A stretch of DNA of 64,000 nt from the human T2T-CHM13v2.0 reference genome, Homo sapiens: assembly GCF_009914755.1 (NCBI RefSeq), contig NC_060926.1. One strand, written 5' to 3'. Made by a program: the position numbers and the translations under genes. The notes beneath the pieces are model-generated. The model worked only from the letters and a program-made list of their open reading frames with translations. It was not told where the DNA came from and ran no database searches. Positions 16,788-34,059 of this stretch are shown here, in pieces. Numbering within the stretch: position 1 is the stretch's first letter; every line of letters begins with the position of its first letter.

Positions 16788-17090
16788 GGCCAGGCGGTGG
16801 CTCACGCCTGTAATCCTAGCATTTTGGGAGTCCACGTCGGGCAGATCACCTGAGGTCAGGAGTCTGAGACCAGTCTGGCCAACATGGTGAAATCCCATCT
16901 CTACTAAAAAAATACAAAAATTAGCCAGGCAGGGTGGCACATGCTTGTAATCGAAGCTACTTGGGAGGCTGAGGCAGGAGAATCGTTTGAAGCCAGGAGG
17001 CAGAGGTTCATCTAAACCCGAGACAGCGCCACTGCACTCAAGCCTGGGCGACACAGCGAGACTCAAAAAAAAAAAAAAAAAAAAAAAAAG
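16788..17090 (+). mobile_element. Alu (AluS)
   Basis: TSD aaaaat(g/c)ttttccca. Confidence 0.92.
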
Positions 17091-17199
17091 AAAAAATCTT
17101 TTCCCAGATCAATGTCCTGAATAAATACCACTATTCAAGTAGTTTTATAGTAGTCTTTACCATTTATTGTTTTGAAGGTCTTTTATCCATTTTGAGTTA

Positions 17200-17490
17200 A
17201 TTTCTGTTTTTTGTTTTTGTTTGTTTTTGAGACTGACACTCGCTCTGTCACCAGGCTGGAGTGCAGTGGTGCGATCTCTGCCTCCTGGGTTCAAGCGATT
17301 CTCCTGCCTCAGCCTCTCGAGTGGCTGGGACTACAGGTGCACACCACACGCCCAGCTAATTTTTGTATTTTTAATAGAGACGGGGTTTTACCATGTTGGC
17401 TAGGATGGTCTTGGTTTCTTGACCTCTTGATCCGCCCGCCTCAGCCTCCCAAAGTGCTGGGATTACAGGCATGACCCACCGTGCCCAGCC
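17200..17490 (-). mobile_element. Alu (AluSc-like)
   Basis: TSD tat(c/t)cattttgagtt. Confidence 0.9.
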
Positions 17491-19073
17491 TATTCATTTT
17501 GAGTTGATTTTTGTATAGAGTGAGAGGTGGGTCTAGTTTCATCCTTCTGCATATGAAGAAAGCATACTCAGTTTTCCCAGCACCGTTTATTGGACAGTCC
17601 TTTACCCAATGAGAGTTCGTGGAGCCTTTATCGAAAATCAGTTGGCGGTAGATACATTAATTTCTGGGTTCTCTATTCTGTTCCACTGGTCTATGTGTCT
17701 GTTTGTACACCAGTACCACACTTTTTTGTTGCTACAGGTTTGTAGTATATTTTGAAGTCTGGTAGTATGTTACCTCCAACAAAATAATTTTTAATAACAT
17801 ACATCTCAGGATTTTTATAAAGGAAATTAAGATCAAAGTGAAAGAAAAATACAGTGATTTCTGTTCTTAAAATTTAAAGAACAGAAATTTAAATTCTAAT
17901 CACTTGTCTTTTTAAAATTAGCATATCCTGCTCTTAACTTTTCATAAAAAGTATCTCTATAGGGAAATTAACATGTTTTATGGACTCACAGGGTATAAAT
18001 TTCCACAGGGGAAGAAGCTACATGCCATGTTTCCAGGCAGGTATAATTCACCAACAGACTAATTAGGGGATCTAAATGCTCATCTAAAGCATAAAACCCA
18101 TTAAAAAAAATATAAATATATTTTAAATCTACCCTTTATCTAGAGAAGGTAAATTCTGAAATGTACTACTAACGCAAAGTAATTAAACACAGTTCTTTTA
18201 CTTGTGAAATGGAGCTAACACTAGAACCTACTTCACAGGATTATTGTGAGAAATAAATAATAAGATTATGCATTTAAGTGTTTATCAGAGTACCTGGCAA
18301 AGAGTAGCAAACAGTAAATGTCCATTTTATTTTTATTTTATACTATAAAGTAGTGAGCCTTAATCCCTAAGCCTTAATTTGAATTCTGACTTTAAGACAC
18401 AGCCACTTCTAATTTCACTTTGGTTAAACGGGATGTTTTACAAAAGTTTACACTCCAGTAAAACAGTTAATGTTTTAAACTGTACCTTCTCTCCTACAGT
18501 GATTTGTTACTAACTTTTGGGATTTCTTCAAAGCTCAAACACTGTTCTCCTACAAAACAACAAAGGTAATAATTTTCTACCACTCAGATATCATCTTACC
18601 AGAATGTTTATTCTTTGCTTTCTAGCAAATTCTTAACCATGGGCAATGTTAACTGTTGCCCTGTAGTCTGACTTTTTAAAATGAATTTCTGTCTGGTATC
18701 CTCTATTGTATTTCTAAGCCCTTTGACGTCACAGAACCACATACTATGTACTTCTTTATTTTCCCACGATATCCTTGTAGTAAGGCAGTCAATAAATAGG
18801 ATGTGGTTACATGCACAACTTCATTTCAAAGCTTAAAAATGGGAACTTGCATTGAGTGCAATTCAATGAAATTATTTGTAATTTCTAAAAAATAAACTTT
18901 GGCAAAAGAAAATACAAAAAGCAATTTAAGACTTGTGAATAAACATATATCCCATTTGTAGTTCATTACAGAAAATCTAAAGTAATAACAAAAGACACTA
19001 CTGAGGGAATACATCAATGTAGTTAACTCTGGGCATCATAAAAGTTACAACAGAATCTAACATACAATTTTTA

Positions 19074-19360
19074 GACCGGGCATGGTAGCTCATGCCTGTA
19101 ATCTTAGCCCTTTGGGAGGCTGAGGTGGGAGGATCGCTTTAGTCCAGGAATTCAAAACCAGCCTGGCAACATGGTGAGATCCCGTCTCTACAAAAATTAG
19201 CCAGGAGTGGTAGCACACACCTATAGTCCCAAATATTTGGGAGGCTTAAGCCCAGGAGGTTGAGGCTGAAGTGAGTCAAAATGGAACCACAGCACTCTAG
19301 CTTGGGCGCCAGAATGGGACCCAGACTCAAAAAAAAAAAAAAAAACTAAACTAAAAAAGA
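19074..19360 (+). mobile_element. Alu (AluJ, internally deleted)
   Basis: Alu consensus. Confidence 0.88.
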
Positions 19361-22300
19361 ATGTTTTAAAATAGCAATTTCTAATAGTTGGCAATCTTAC
19401 TCGTGTGATTTCTGTGGCGATAATTACTGCAGAGGGAAAGCATGAATGAAAAATCTACCTAGTAGTTTCTTTTTAAGAATATTAGGGAAATACATATAAA
19501 CTTAAGTTCATATAGTACTCCAGGTGGAGGAAGCTGTTTTAAAAAATCAGTAGGCACTGGGTATCAGATAGCCCATGAAAAGAGAACCAACAAAATATAA
19601 CAAGCAAAAGCTCTACATCAGCAAAACATCAAGTTTGAAAACTCCACACACATCAACTAGTCAGGAAGTTGTGAGATAAGGTTGTGTGTACTGCTTACTC
19701 TTGAAGGGTCTCCACTTACATCCCTCAAAGTTGGTTTTATCTCTGCCTCTTGTACAGGAACACTATGAAAGAACCTTTCATTATGTGATTACAGTGAAGG
19801 AGGAAAGTCAGACATGCCTCTGAATGAACACATTTTCCTCCTGGAGAAACTGGTGACAGCACACTGCTTCACAGGAAGTGCTCTAGGGAATCAATCATTT
19901 AAGAAAAAGTTCAGTAGCAAGTCATCTTACTGTCCTGTTGCTTGCGAAAATTTACCTGGATATGGGAAATACAGAAAATTAAACTTAAAGAAAAATTAAA
20001 TGAGCAGCTCACAAAGGCAGCACTGTGCCATGTCAGAACACAGGCTGGCAAGGAGAAGAACTGGGTTCCTGTTCCAGAGCTGCCACAAACTAGCTTTGCA
20101 ATCTTGGGCAAACCAGGTAACATCCAGGGTTCAGCTTCCTCTTGTCCAAGAGAGCTGGATAATATCATCTCTATGATCCTTCCAGCTCTAATGGTTTGTG
20201 AATATATCACTGAAAACTCAGAATTATAAACAAGCCCCATTTCTTCTCCCCACACAGCAACAAAAAACCCCAAACTGTAATCTCCCTACCTTTTATACTC
20301 CTATATGGGGGATTTAAGTGGCCACCGGTTTAAACAAGGAGCTGTAAAATCAGGATGATCTTAAACGGACTGTCATCTACATTCAAGTCATCAAATTTCA
20401 AAATAGAATAGAATTGTATTTTAGACTGTATGGAATGGCTTTCTTCATCCATTGAGAGAAAAGTAGATCACAGTTACTACTCTGAAGAATAAGAAATGCA
20501 AGTTCCACATTCTCCCCTCTAACTAGGGTTGCATTCTGCCTGCAAGTCACTTCACTGCCTCCGTGTATTCAGACGGCAGTCACATTCACCTAAGGCTTGA
20601 CTCTTAAACTCATAGTTTTACCACTAGGCACAGATCTAGCTTTGCCAGGGCAACTATGCTCTTGGAAGGGTGTACCTCAGGTGTGGCCCAGCCATTCCAA
20701 TGTAAATGATGTTCTTCTCTGTCATTTATATTTTTAACTCTTAAAGGTTTTAAGCACATGTAAGTATATTTAATTATTATTAATTTAAAGGAAGTTCATG
20801 GGGCAAAAGGTTATGTTTAAAAGCAGGAATTCTCCAGTAATGTAAATAACACTAATTTCTTGATGACTTTGGATTTTTATTGACTCCTAAACTGAGACAT
20901 TTCTTTAGCTAAAGTCAGCAATACGAAGAATCAAGTTTTTCATAGGGGACGGGGTTCCAGTGTTAGAACACTGCTATTACATATACAGTTCATCGCTCAT
21001 TCAGTCATCAGTTTCTTCTCACGCCTATGTATGTGAGGTTACCATGTGAATGGCAACATAGAAAAATGACTGGACCTCATTACAACGGAAACTAATGTTT
21101 TACAGAAAAACAGTCAGGATCTTATTTTTTATTTAAGCAGTCACTGGAAGAATTCTTTGGTTTATAAGAACCTGTCTTTTTGTGATAATTGTTTTTTTTT
21201 TTAACAAACATCTCTTATTTTACATTAATTCCCAATTTTAACACGGCTGTCGCACACAAATTAAATACATAAGATTTGGGTGCTATGTAAAAAGTGTCAA
21301 GGCAAAATAATGTTCATAGGAAGCTTTCACGTCTTAGTTACAGTAAAAGCAAAATACACTTCCCTTAATTTGTTTTTTAAACACTACCCAACAAACCCAA
21401 AAAACTAAATGTTTTAACTTGTCCTTGGAAAGAGAAGTTGGGAAATCAAAGGCCTCTAGCACATGTTTACTTCTTAGCAAGATGGTGAACATCAGTGAAG
21501 TAATCATTAATCATAGCTGGATTCCTCAGCAAAGATGTTGGCATTGGCACTACAGCCAGTCACCAGCAATGACTGCAAGTAACTCTAGGACACTGACGCC
21601 TATTTGATTTGGAAGAGAATAAGGAACATAATGATGCCTGAAATGTCCTGTGCGCCTTTGCCTTTCTTCATCTCAAGGCCTTGCAACATCACAAGCGCAG
21701 CTGTTAACCAGATGCATGCAACATAAGCCACAGAGTGTGAGAAAAAAAGTATTAGCATTATTTCCATGGAACTAGTCATGTGGTTATTATAGAAATAATC
21801 AGCATTAGCATACTACAATATTTGTTTTGTTCTTGAATTGTAACACCCTAGGGAAAAAGTTGCCTTTATTTTTAAAAAGTTAAAAATGAAAGTACATGTT
21901 ATATATCTTTGCTGAAAAATGGTGGGAAATGGATTTGTCAAAACCATATGGAAAGGAAGAGGGAATCAATTAAAAACAGAAATCTAATAAATCTAAAATA
22001 TTTCCAAATGAAATGCTTGTGGTAAGCTAACTTCTTGTAAACACCGCACTCAAGTCACTTGAACAGTCCCAGATGGTGAACTAACTTTGTGGTCTTAAAA
22101 CAAAAGTCAGCCAAAAAAACCAAGACTACAACTTTATTATCAATGCAGTGGGAAACATGAGATCCATAATCAACCAACATGTTACTTTTTTTCTTTCCAA
22201 AATTTAAGAGATTTGTGGAGTTTTACTAAATAAGACAATTTTAAGCTAAAGTTTAAGTCTGTGTATGTGAAATGGAGAAATAAAAATTAGAGATAAAACT

Positions 22301-22547
22301 ACAGTTAAAAGTGAGGTAAAATCTACAGTTATTTATATACCTTAGAAAAAATTTCTAAAAATGCCACAGTTTTGAAATGTATTATAAAGTCTAACATTCT
22401 AAATTACCATGAACTTTCTTCAGTTAACATTTGTATGATTTTATTCAAGAAAAATTTTAAACCTTTTTTTAGAGTTGGGTTATAAAAAAAAAAGTGATTT
22501 ATGCGTTGACCAGAAATTATACATGGTGGAATAAACATGTGCCTTAC

Positions 22548-22705
22548 CTGCTCCACCGTCAATAATCCATCAGAAGATTCTGGCACAGGCTGCATGGGCA
22601 GAAGCTGGCACAACATGCCTAAAAGTAAAGCAACTTCCTTCATACTTCTCCAACAACATACCAGCACCATCTGCGCAGTTACATCACATGTTTTTACTTC
22701 TTTAC
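22548..22705 (-). CDS. THADA: THADA coding exon (~21), 158 nt, GKEVKTCD...LLTVEQ
   Basis: Acceptor tttaag, donor CAG|gtaagg; contains CWRSMKE; ORF 22404..22670. Confidence 0.95.
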
Positions 22706-22893
22706 CTTAAACAAAAAAAAACACAACGATTGCAACCTTGATTACTCATATCCCAGGTTTCTAAAAACAAGCTTATTCATAATTTCCCCAAGAATAATCT
22801 GCTTGAACAAACCCGATTTGTCATGTTATATTTACTCAGAAGGAAAGAAGCTAACATTTGTCGAGCATGTGTTATGAGAAGAAATCATGCTAA

Positions 22894-23182
22894 GTTTTTT
22901 TTTTTTTCTTTTTTGGAGACAGGGTCTCGCTCTGTCACCCAGGCTGGGGTGCAGTAGCATGCTCATGGCTCACTGCAGCCTTGACCTCCCAGGCTCATGC
23001 AATCCTTCTACTTCAGCCTCCCTAGTAGCTGGGACTACAGGTATGCGCCACCACACCCAGTTAATTTTTGTATTTTTTTGTAAAGACAGGGTTTCACCAC
23101 ATCACCTCCTGGACTAAAGCAATTCTCTCGCTTGGGCCTCCCAAAGTGCTGGGATTATAGACATGAGCCACCATGCCAGGCC
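22894..23182 (-). mobile_element. Alu (AluJ)
   Basis: Alu consensus. Confidence 0.88.
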
Positions 23183-24480
23183 CAGTATTTTAATTTATTA
23201 TTTTCAAATTAAATTTTAAAATAAAACACAATATTGTTCCAAAACTTGTTTAATCTTTAATTTCCAAAGATTAAACAAACTCTGCCTCTCTGTCATAAAG
23301 TATGATATGGATGACTATAATAAATACACTCCTTATTTATTTTGGTGAGCATGACTGTTGCATTAGTAAAGGAGTAGAATATAACTTTTAAAATCAAAGG
23401 AAAATACAAATTATCTTTCAAAATATATTTAATTCCCATGGCCAATAAGCTATAATTAGCCTTACTTACTCTCTTATTCTAGTTTTAGGAGTATTTTTGG
23501 TACTGATATTTTTTTAAAATCCAAGATGAACTATTATATTAAATAAAAGAGCACGCTGACAAAATGGTACTTATAGGGTAACCTCATTTGTGTTTTTATT
23601 TAAAAAGCCCAATGCATTAAATGGGTAAGTGTACATACACATAAATATATAAAATAAGTACAAAATAATATATTGCACTAAAGAAGGAAGACATGGAATT
23701 GGAGAGGAAACCTTGGAGGAATTTAATTTGTTTTTAATTCATATGTACCTCTGTTGTTTGAAACTATTACAATAGGCTATAATTACATTTATACATTATT
23801 TTGTGTAATTTAAAAATTTAAGTGTGGAGATAATTTTTTGCAAGACAATATCCCCACCTAGTGGAGAATGTAGAATATGTAATACATCACTAAGAAATTG
23901 CTGCTTCTGATGACGTTTTACAGCACTGCAGAAAATTCAGTAACAACTAATGATCAAACAAGATGTAAGAACTCGAATTCTGGAAGCTTGACACAACAAA
24001 GCAGCTCCCATTTTACTAATAAGGTTTGTTTCCTTTAAAAGCCTGCTTGACTTTAAGAACTCTCACAGCAGACAATGAACCACATTGCTGGGAGAAGTTG
24101 ATTGCTGCCCAAACCCAGGTTCATTATATAGCACTGCTCTTATATCACCTGGGCTGTCAAGGCAGGTTTTATCACTCCAAGGCTTTCTGTTCTAACAGCT
24201 TGTTCGCTGCACAACAGCACCTAATAGGCTGGTGAAAGTCTTCTTTAATTTAATTTAATTTTATTATTATTATACTTTAAGTTTTAGGGTACATGTGCAC
24301 AATGTGCAGGTTAGTTACATATGTATACATGTGCCATGCTGGTGTGCTGCACCCATTAACTACTCATTTAGCATTAGGTATATCTCCTAAAGCTATCCCT
24401 CCCTCCTCCCCCCTCCCCCCACCCCACAACAGTCCCCAGAGTGTGATGTTCCCCTTCCTGTGCCCATGTGTTCTCATTGT

Positions 24481-28301
<3,821 letters not shown>

Positions 28302-28364
28302 TATGATGTTAGCTGGTTATTTTGCTCGTTAGTTGATGCAGTTTCTTCCTAGCCTCAATGGTCT

Positions 28365-29374
28365 TTACAATTTGGCATGATTTTGCAGTGGCTGGTACCG
28401 GTTGTTCCTTTCCATGTTTAGTGCTTCCTTCAGGAGCTCTTTTAGGGCAGGCCTGGTGGTGACAAAATCTCTCAGCATTTGCTTGTCTGTAAAGTATTTT
28501 ATTTCTCCTTCACTTATGAAGCTTAGTTTGGCTGGATATGAAATTCTGGGTTGAAAATTCTTTTCTTTAAGAATGTTGAATATTGGCCCCCACTCTCTTC
28601 TGGCTTATAGAGTTTCTGCCGAGAGATCCGCTGTTAGTCGGGCTTCCCTTTGTGGGTAACCCGACCTTTCTCTCTGGCTGCCCTTAACATTTTTTCCTTC
28701 ATTTCAACTTTGGTGAATCTGACAATTATCTGTCTTGGAGTTGCTCTTCTCAAGGATTATCTTTGTGGCGTTCTCTGTATTTCCTGAATCTGAATGTTGG
28801 CCTGCCTTGCTAGATTGGGGAAGTTCTCCTGGATAATATCCTGCAGTGTTTTCCAACTTGGTTCCATTCTCCCTGTCACTTTCAGGTACACCAATCAGAC
28901 ATAGATTTGGTCTTTTCACATAGTCCCATATTTCTTGGAGGCTTTGTTCATTTCTTTTTATTCTTTTTTCTCTAAACCTCCCTTCTCGCTTCATTTCATT
29001 CATTTCATCTTCCATCACTGATACCCTTTCTTCCAGTGGATTGCATCGGCTCCTGAGGCTTCTGCATTCTTCACGTAGTTCTCGAGCCTTGGCTTTCAGC
29101 TCCATCAGCTCCTTTAAGCACTTCTCTGTATTGGTTATTCTAGTTATACATTTGTCTAAATTTTTTCAAAGTTTTCAACTTCTTTGCCTTTGGTTTTAAT
29201 TTCCTCCTGTAGCTTGGAGTAGTTTGATCATCTGAAGCCTTCTTCTCTCAACAAGTCAAAGTCATTCTGCGTCCAGCTTTGTTCCGTTGCTGGTGAGGAG
29301 CTGCATTCCTTTGGAGGAGGAAAGGCACCCTGCTTTTTAGAGTTTCCAGTTTTTCTGCTCTGTTTTTTCCCCAT
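28365..29374 (-). pseudogene. L1 ORF1, frameshifted
   Basis: ATG at 29374; only the fragment 28704..29105 (MELKAKARELREE...) is open and it drifts out of frame. Confidence 0.85.
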
Positions 29375-30598
29375 CTTTGTGGTTTTATCTACTTTTGGTC
29401 TTTGATGATGGTGATGTACAGATGGGTTTTTGGTGTGGATGTCCTTTCTGTTTGTTAGTTTTCCTTCTAACAGACAGGACCCTCAGCTGCAGGTCTGTTG
29501 GAGTTTGCTAGAGGTCCACTCCAGACCCTGTTTGCCTGGGTACCAGCAGCGGTGGCTGCAGAACAGCGGATTTTTGTGAACCGCGAATGCTGCTGTCTGA
29601 TCGTTCCTCTGGAAGTTTTGTCTCAGAGGGGTACCCGGCCATGTGAGGTGTCAGTCTGCCCCTACTGGGGGGTGCCTCCCAGTTAGGCTGCTCAGGGTTC
29701 AGGGGTCAGGGACCCACTTGAGGAGGCAGTCTGCCCGTTCTCAGATCTCCAGCTGTGTGCTGGGAGAACCGCTGCTCTCTTCAAAGCTGTCAGACAGGGA
29801 CATTTAAGTCTGCAGAGGTTACTGCTGTCTTTTTGTTTGTTTGTGCCCTGCCCCCAGAGGTGGAGCCTACAGAGGCAGGCAGGCCTCCTTGAGCTGTGGT
29901 GGGCTCCACCCAGTTCGAGCTTCCTGCCTGCTTTGTTTACCTAAGCAAGCCTGGGCAACGGTGGGCGCCCCTCCCCCAGCCTCGATGCTGCCTTGCAGTT
30001 TGATCTCAGACTGCTGTGCTAGCAATCAGCGAGACTCCGTGGGCGTAGGACCCTCTGAGCCAGGTGCGGGATATAATCTCCTGGTGCGCTGTTTTTTAAG
30101 CCCGTCGGAAAAGTGCAGTATTAGGATGGCAGTGACCCGATTTTCCAGGTACCGTCTGTCACCCCTTTCTTTGACTAGGAAAGGGAACTCCCTGACCCCT
30201 TGCGCTTCCCAAGTGAGGCAATGCCTCGCCCTGCTTCGGCTCGCGCATGGTGCGCTGCACCCACTGTCCTGCGCCCACTGTCTGGCACTCCCTAGTGAGA
30301 TGAACCCGGTACCTCAGATGGAAATGCAGAAATCACCCGTCTTCTGCGTCACTCCCGCTGGGAGCTGTAGACTGGAGCTGTTCCTATTCGGCCATCTTGG
30401 CTCCACCCCCCTGGTAAAAGTCTTATAAATCCATTCCTAAACCCAAATCTTTCCCAAAACAAAATTTTTAAAAAACTTTATTTTCTAGAAATGTTCTGCA
30501 CAGATTTGCAACCTCTAATTTACCATATAAAAAGGGCATTCTGTACATTTTACTGGTTACTTAAACATGAATTACAGTATCCATTTTATACAAGTTAC

Positions 30599-30757
30599 CT
30601 TTGATTTCTGTAGAAGTATCAATATTCACCACACTAGCATTCAAGTCCTTCATATCAAAGCTATCATGTTCTTTCAATATTTTGGCTTGGTTAAAATAAT
30701 CATTAGTATCTCGAGGCTGAATCTCATTCAGAATCATCTGTAAGCGGCTTGCTGACT
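30599..30757 (-). CDS. THADA: THADA coding exon (~20), 159 nt, ESASRLQM...STEIK
   Basis: Acceptor cctcag, donor G|gtaact; ORF 30561..30797. Confidence 0.94.
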
Positions 30758-32232
30758 CTGAGGGAAAGAAATGAGCGTACATGAAACCCAGTAACACATC
30801 ACATGCCAGATTTCCCTTGGGGATGCTTACTCAAAAAATCTATAATTTTCAATACTTAATAATCAGCTTTATTAGAAGGGACTCACAAGGTGGATAATAT
30901 GAAAATTATTTATACAGTTTTCATGATGCTTGAGTGCATTTTTAAAATATGGCAATTTAGACTGAAATATAACAACAAAAAAAACTCACTGAAACTGTCC
31001 ACAGGACAAAGGCCACCATGTCATCTACACTGCTTTTCTTAGTGTTGTCTAAATATCTCAAATATGGTGCTAATCATGTCAAAGAAGTGCAATAAACTTC
31101 AATAAATTTAGTTTTAAGAGGCTATTTCTCTATGAAAGAAAAATGAAGCAGGCAACAGAAAAGTAGAAAAAAATCAATATTTGATTTAAAATATAAATAA
31201 ATATAAAAAATAGAAAATAGATTATTTCCCCATCATAATACAAGGTATCAAAGTTTAAAGATAGAAAGGTAAAAAGACATTTTTAAAAACCCATCAACAG
31301 CAAAAACAATCTTTTATAGGACAGGAATATCGTAACGACTCCACAACTTTGAAACACATTATGTAATATACTGCTTTCTAATTATGATTTACAGTCTTCA
31401 TATTACATTAAGTTTCATTTTTATTCCCTAAGCACTCACTGGATTAGGAAATGTAAGCTCCATGAATGCAACACTTTGTTCATTACTGAGTGACGAGTGC
31501 CTATAACAGAAACTGGCTCACAGCAGAGGTTCAGGAACATGAGTTGAAGGAATGAATGGATGTAGGTAGTAAGGAGTTAGCCAGGCTCAGATTTTCAAAA
31601 CTAGCCATTGGTAATCATCTGAAATCAATTAACAAATCGAAGAACCGGTATTTATTGTACATCTATTATTTTGACTTATATTTAGGTACTATGGGAAATA
31701 CAAACACGCAAATTACTATCATGATGATTCAATCAACATCTTATGTTCCTTCCTGGAATTTTGTCAAAAATAAATTTCAACAGCCATGAAAAACTAACAA
31801 TGACCCCAAAAGAAACCACGCAAAGACCAAGAAAAGATCAGAGAATAAATTTTTAAGAATCCTATCCATTCAATTTTACAGCTTTCAGGGGAGACTTTCC
31901 TCATGCAATTCAGAATGTATGGCAGATAACACAGGGAAGAAGCAGCAAAAATGAAGACAACCAGAGGTAAAAAGACAGGCAGAATGAAGGAAAAGTCTGT
32001 GGGGCAAAGACAGTTTTTGAGACCAACTGATACCTTAAAACTCTTCACTAATAAAGATAATGTTAGCATCCTCTGTAGGATCTACCCACAGTAGGTAACA
32101 GAAATATTCAAGATTTCTCATCCAGAATATATGGGTACTTTGCTGACCCAAATATTAGCTATAAGATTGCATGTTCCTTATTCTTATGCACTGCTCAAGT
32201 AGAAAATCTAAAGCGACAAAATTTAGTATTTA

Positions 32233-32365
32233 AGGCCAGCACAGTGGCTAAGGCCTGTAATCCCAATGCTTTAAGAGGCCAAGGCAGAAGGATTGCTTGA
32301 CAAGAGCAGCCTGCACAACACAGGAAGATCCCATCTCTACCAAAAAAAAATTAATTAAATAAAAT
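32233..32365 (+). mobile_element. Alu left monomer (FLAM-like)
   Basis: Single arm plus A-tail. Confidence 0.75.
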
Positions 32366-32680
32366 AATTTGGTATTTAGACTAACAACAGGCTAAATAAA
32401 TGTGTCTTACTATCGTGAACCATCACCAATCTTCTAACTCATTTTTAGGAAAGAACAAAACCTAATATTCTCTGTGCAAAACACATAACTCCACATTACC
32501 TTAATTATCAGCCCAAGGTATTTCAGCATATGGTTCAGTGAGTGTTTATGATACAGTCAGTTTTTCTAATACAAGCCTCTCTTTGCACTCTAAAATACAT
32601 TTACAAACTTTATTTCAACACCAAACATAAATATATTTCATGATTTTTCTGTGTATTAAAAGGAACACTCAATTTTAGCA

Positions 32681-32912
32681 CAGGTTAAGCATCCCTTATC
32701 TGAAATGCCTGGGACCAAAAACGTTCTCAATTTATTTTTTTGAATATTGGAATATCTGCATTGTACTTAATGGCTGAGGAGCCCTAATCTGAAAATCCAA
32801 AATACAGATGCTCCAATAAGCATTTCTTTTGAGCATCCCATTGGTGTTCAAAAAGTTTCAAAATCTGGAGCATTTTGTATTTCCAATTTTCAGATTTGGG
32901 ATGTTCAACTTA
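32681..32912 (-). mobile_element. Tigger4a (MER46A-type) MITE
   Basis: Inverted termini caggttaagcatccc / gggatgttcaactta. Confidence 0.75.
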
Positions 32913-33177
32913 TACAGTATTATATAACTCAAGTTACCCTGGGGTAGAAGGTACCGTGCTCATCCTCTGGTTTGGGAATTTTTTTTTTTTTTTTTTTGCT
33001 ACTTTTTAATAGTTAAAACTATTGCTAAAAGGCAGAAATACCACAAATAATAATAATTATTTTCTCCTCAACTTAGCTTTTATATCTCCCCAAAGAAATA
33101 CTTGGGGAAAAAAAAAAAGAGGTAAAGACATAATAATCAAACCACAGCACTCTAGCCGGCCTTCTTCATTTGCTAAC

Positions 33178-33314
33178 CTGAATCAGTGTCCATTGGGATG
33201 AGGCCTTCAGGGGATGAGCTCTGAATGACTGGAGACACCACAGTGGAAAGCCTGTAGGACATCAAAAGGAGCTTCTCTACCACAGGTCTCCACTCGCTCA
33301 CCAACTGCAGGCTG
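33178..33314 (-). CDS. THADA: THADA coding exon (~19), 137 nt, NSLQLVSE...PMDTDS
   Basis: Acceptor ttgcag (tandem CAGCAG), donor G|gttagc; contains the SSPEG motif. Confidence 0.93.
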
Positions 33315-33592
33315 CTGCAACAAGGACATTAGGGAAATTTATACTAAAAGCAAAAATCACATTTTAAAAATGAAAATTAGATAAAAGGATTGACTTTGTG
33401 TTTCAAAATTGTTCAATACATAAAACATGTGAGACATAAAAATATACACAGATACGTATGTTTTTAAATCTGATTTTCAATTTTATTCAAAGCAATAGAC
33501 TGCATTCCTTTCCCAGGACACATTCCAACCAGAGGTTAAAGCTCAGAAATGAATGGATTTCTGAGACAGGAGGCAGCTGTGGAAATCCTTAC

Positions 33593-33728
33593 TTTAGAGA
33601 TAACTTCTGCAAAGCTCCTGTTATACAGTGGACTCGCCCATACATTGGAAATGCTGCTGCTGCCTGAAGCAGAGAATTTTCAGCCTGAGATACTTCTTCC
33701 TCAAGATTTTCCATCAAGCATTTGATAA
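33593..33728 (-). CDS. THADA: THADA coding exon (~18), 136 nt, VIKCLMEN...LQKLSL
   Basis: Acceptor ttctag, donor AA|gtaagg; translated by hand, phase consistent. Confidence 0.93.
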
Positions 33729-34059
33729 CTAGAAAAAGCAAACAGAAAATCAAAGTAATGTCAATCTTAAAACATTTGTAAATGTACGAACAGCAAAATA
33801 GTTCCCATTAATATGGCCAACTCAAATGAACTTTACACTAGAGTTTTTTAATCAAAAAGAGATCTTTCAGGGTTATCCAACAGGGTGGCTCATTTCTAGG
33901 CAGAACTGAGTGTCTTTCCCTAAACTGCCTGTATCCATTACAGCATTCACTCTTAGTCCTTCCTCCTAAACATCCTCTCACTAGGGTATCAAACCCCAGG
34001 CTGATGTGGCATGTGCTAATTGGACAGCAGATGGCTTTCAAATTAAAAAAGAAAAAAAA

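Larger units (their letters stand above)
15578..17780 (-). mobile_element. L1MA-type 3' fragment interrupted by two Alus
   Basis: ORF2 C-terminal peptide [12 protein letters not shown] (16397..16621) and an L1MA-like 3'UTR. Confidence 0.8.

Noticed and set aside
21540-21750. Possible cryptic poison exon on the minus strand (ttaacag|CTGCGCTTGTGA, TGCATG nearby)
   Set aside because: Pyrimidine tract is distant and I found no convincing donor; needs RNA evidence
23851-23866. CTCF-like CCACTAGGTGGGG
   Set aside because: Lacks the conserved C of the GGC core
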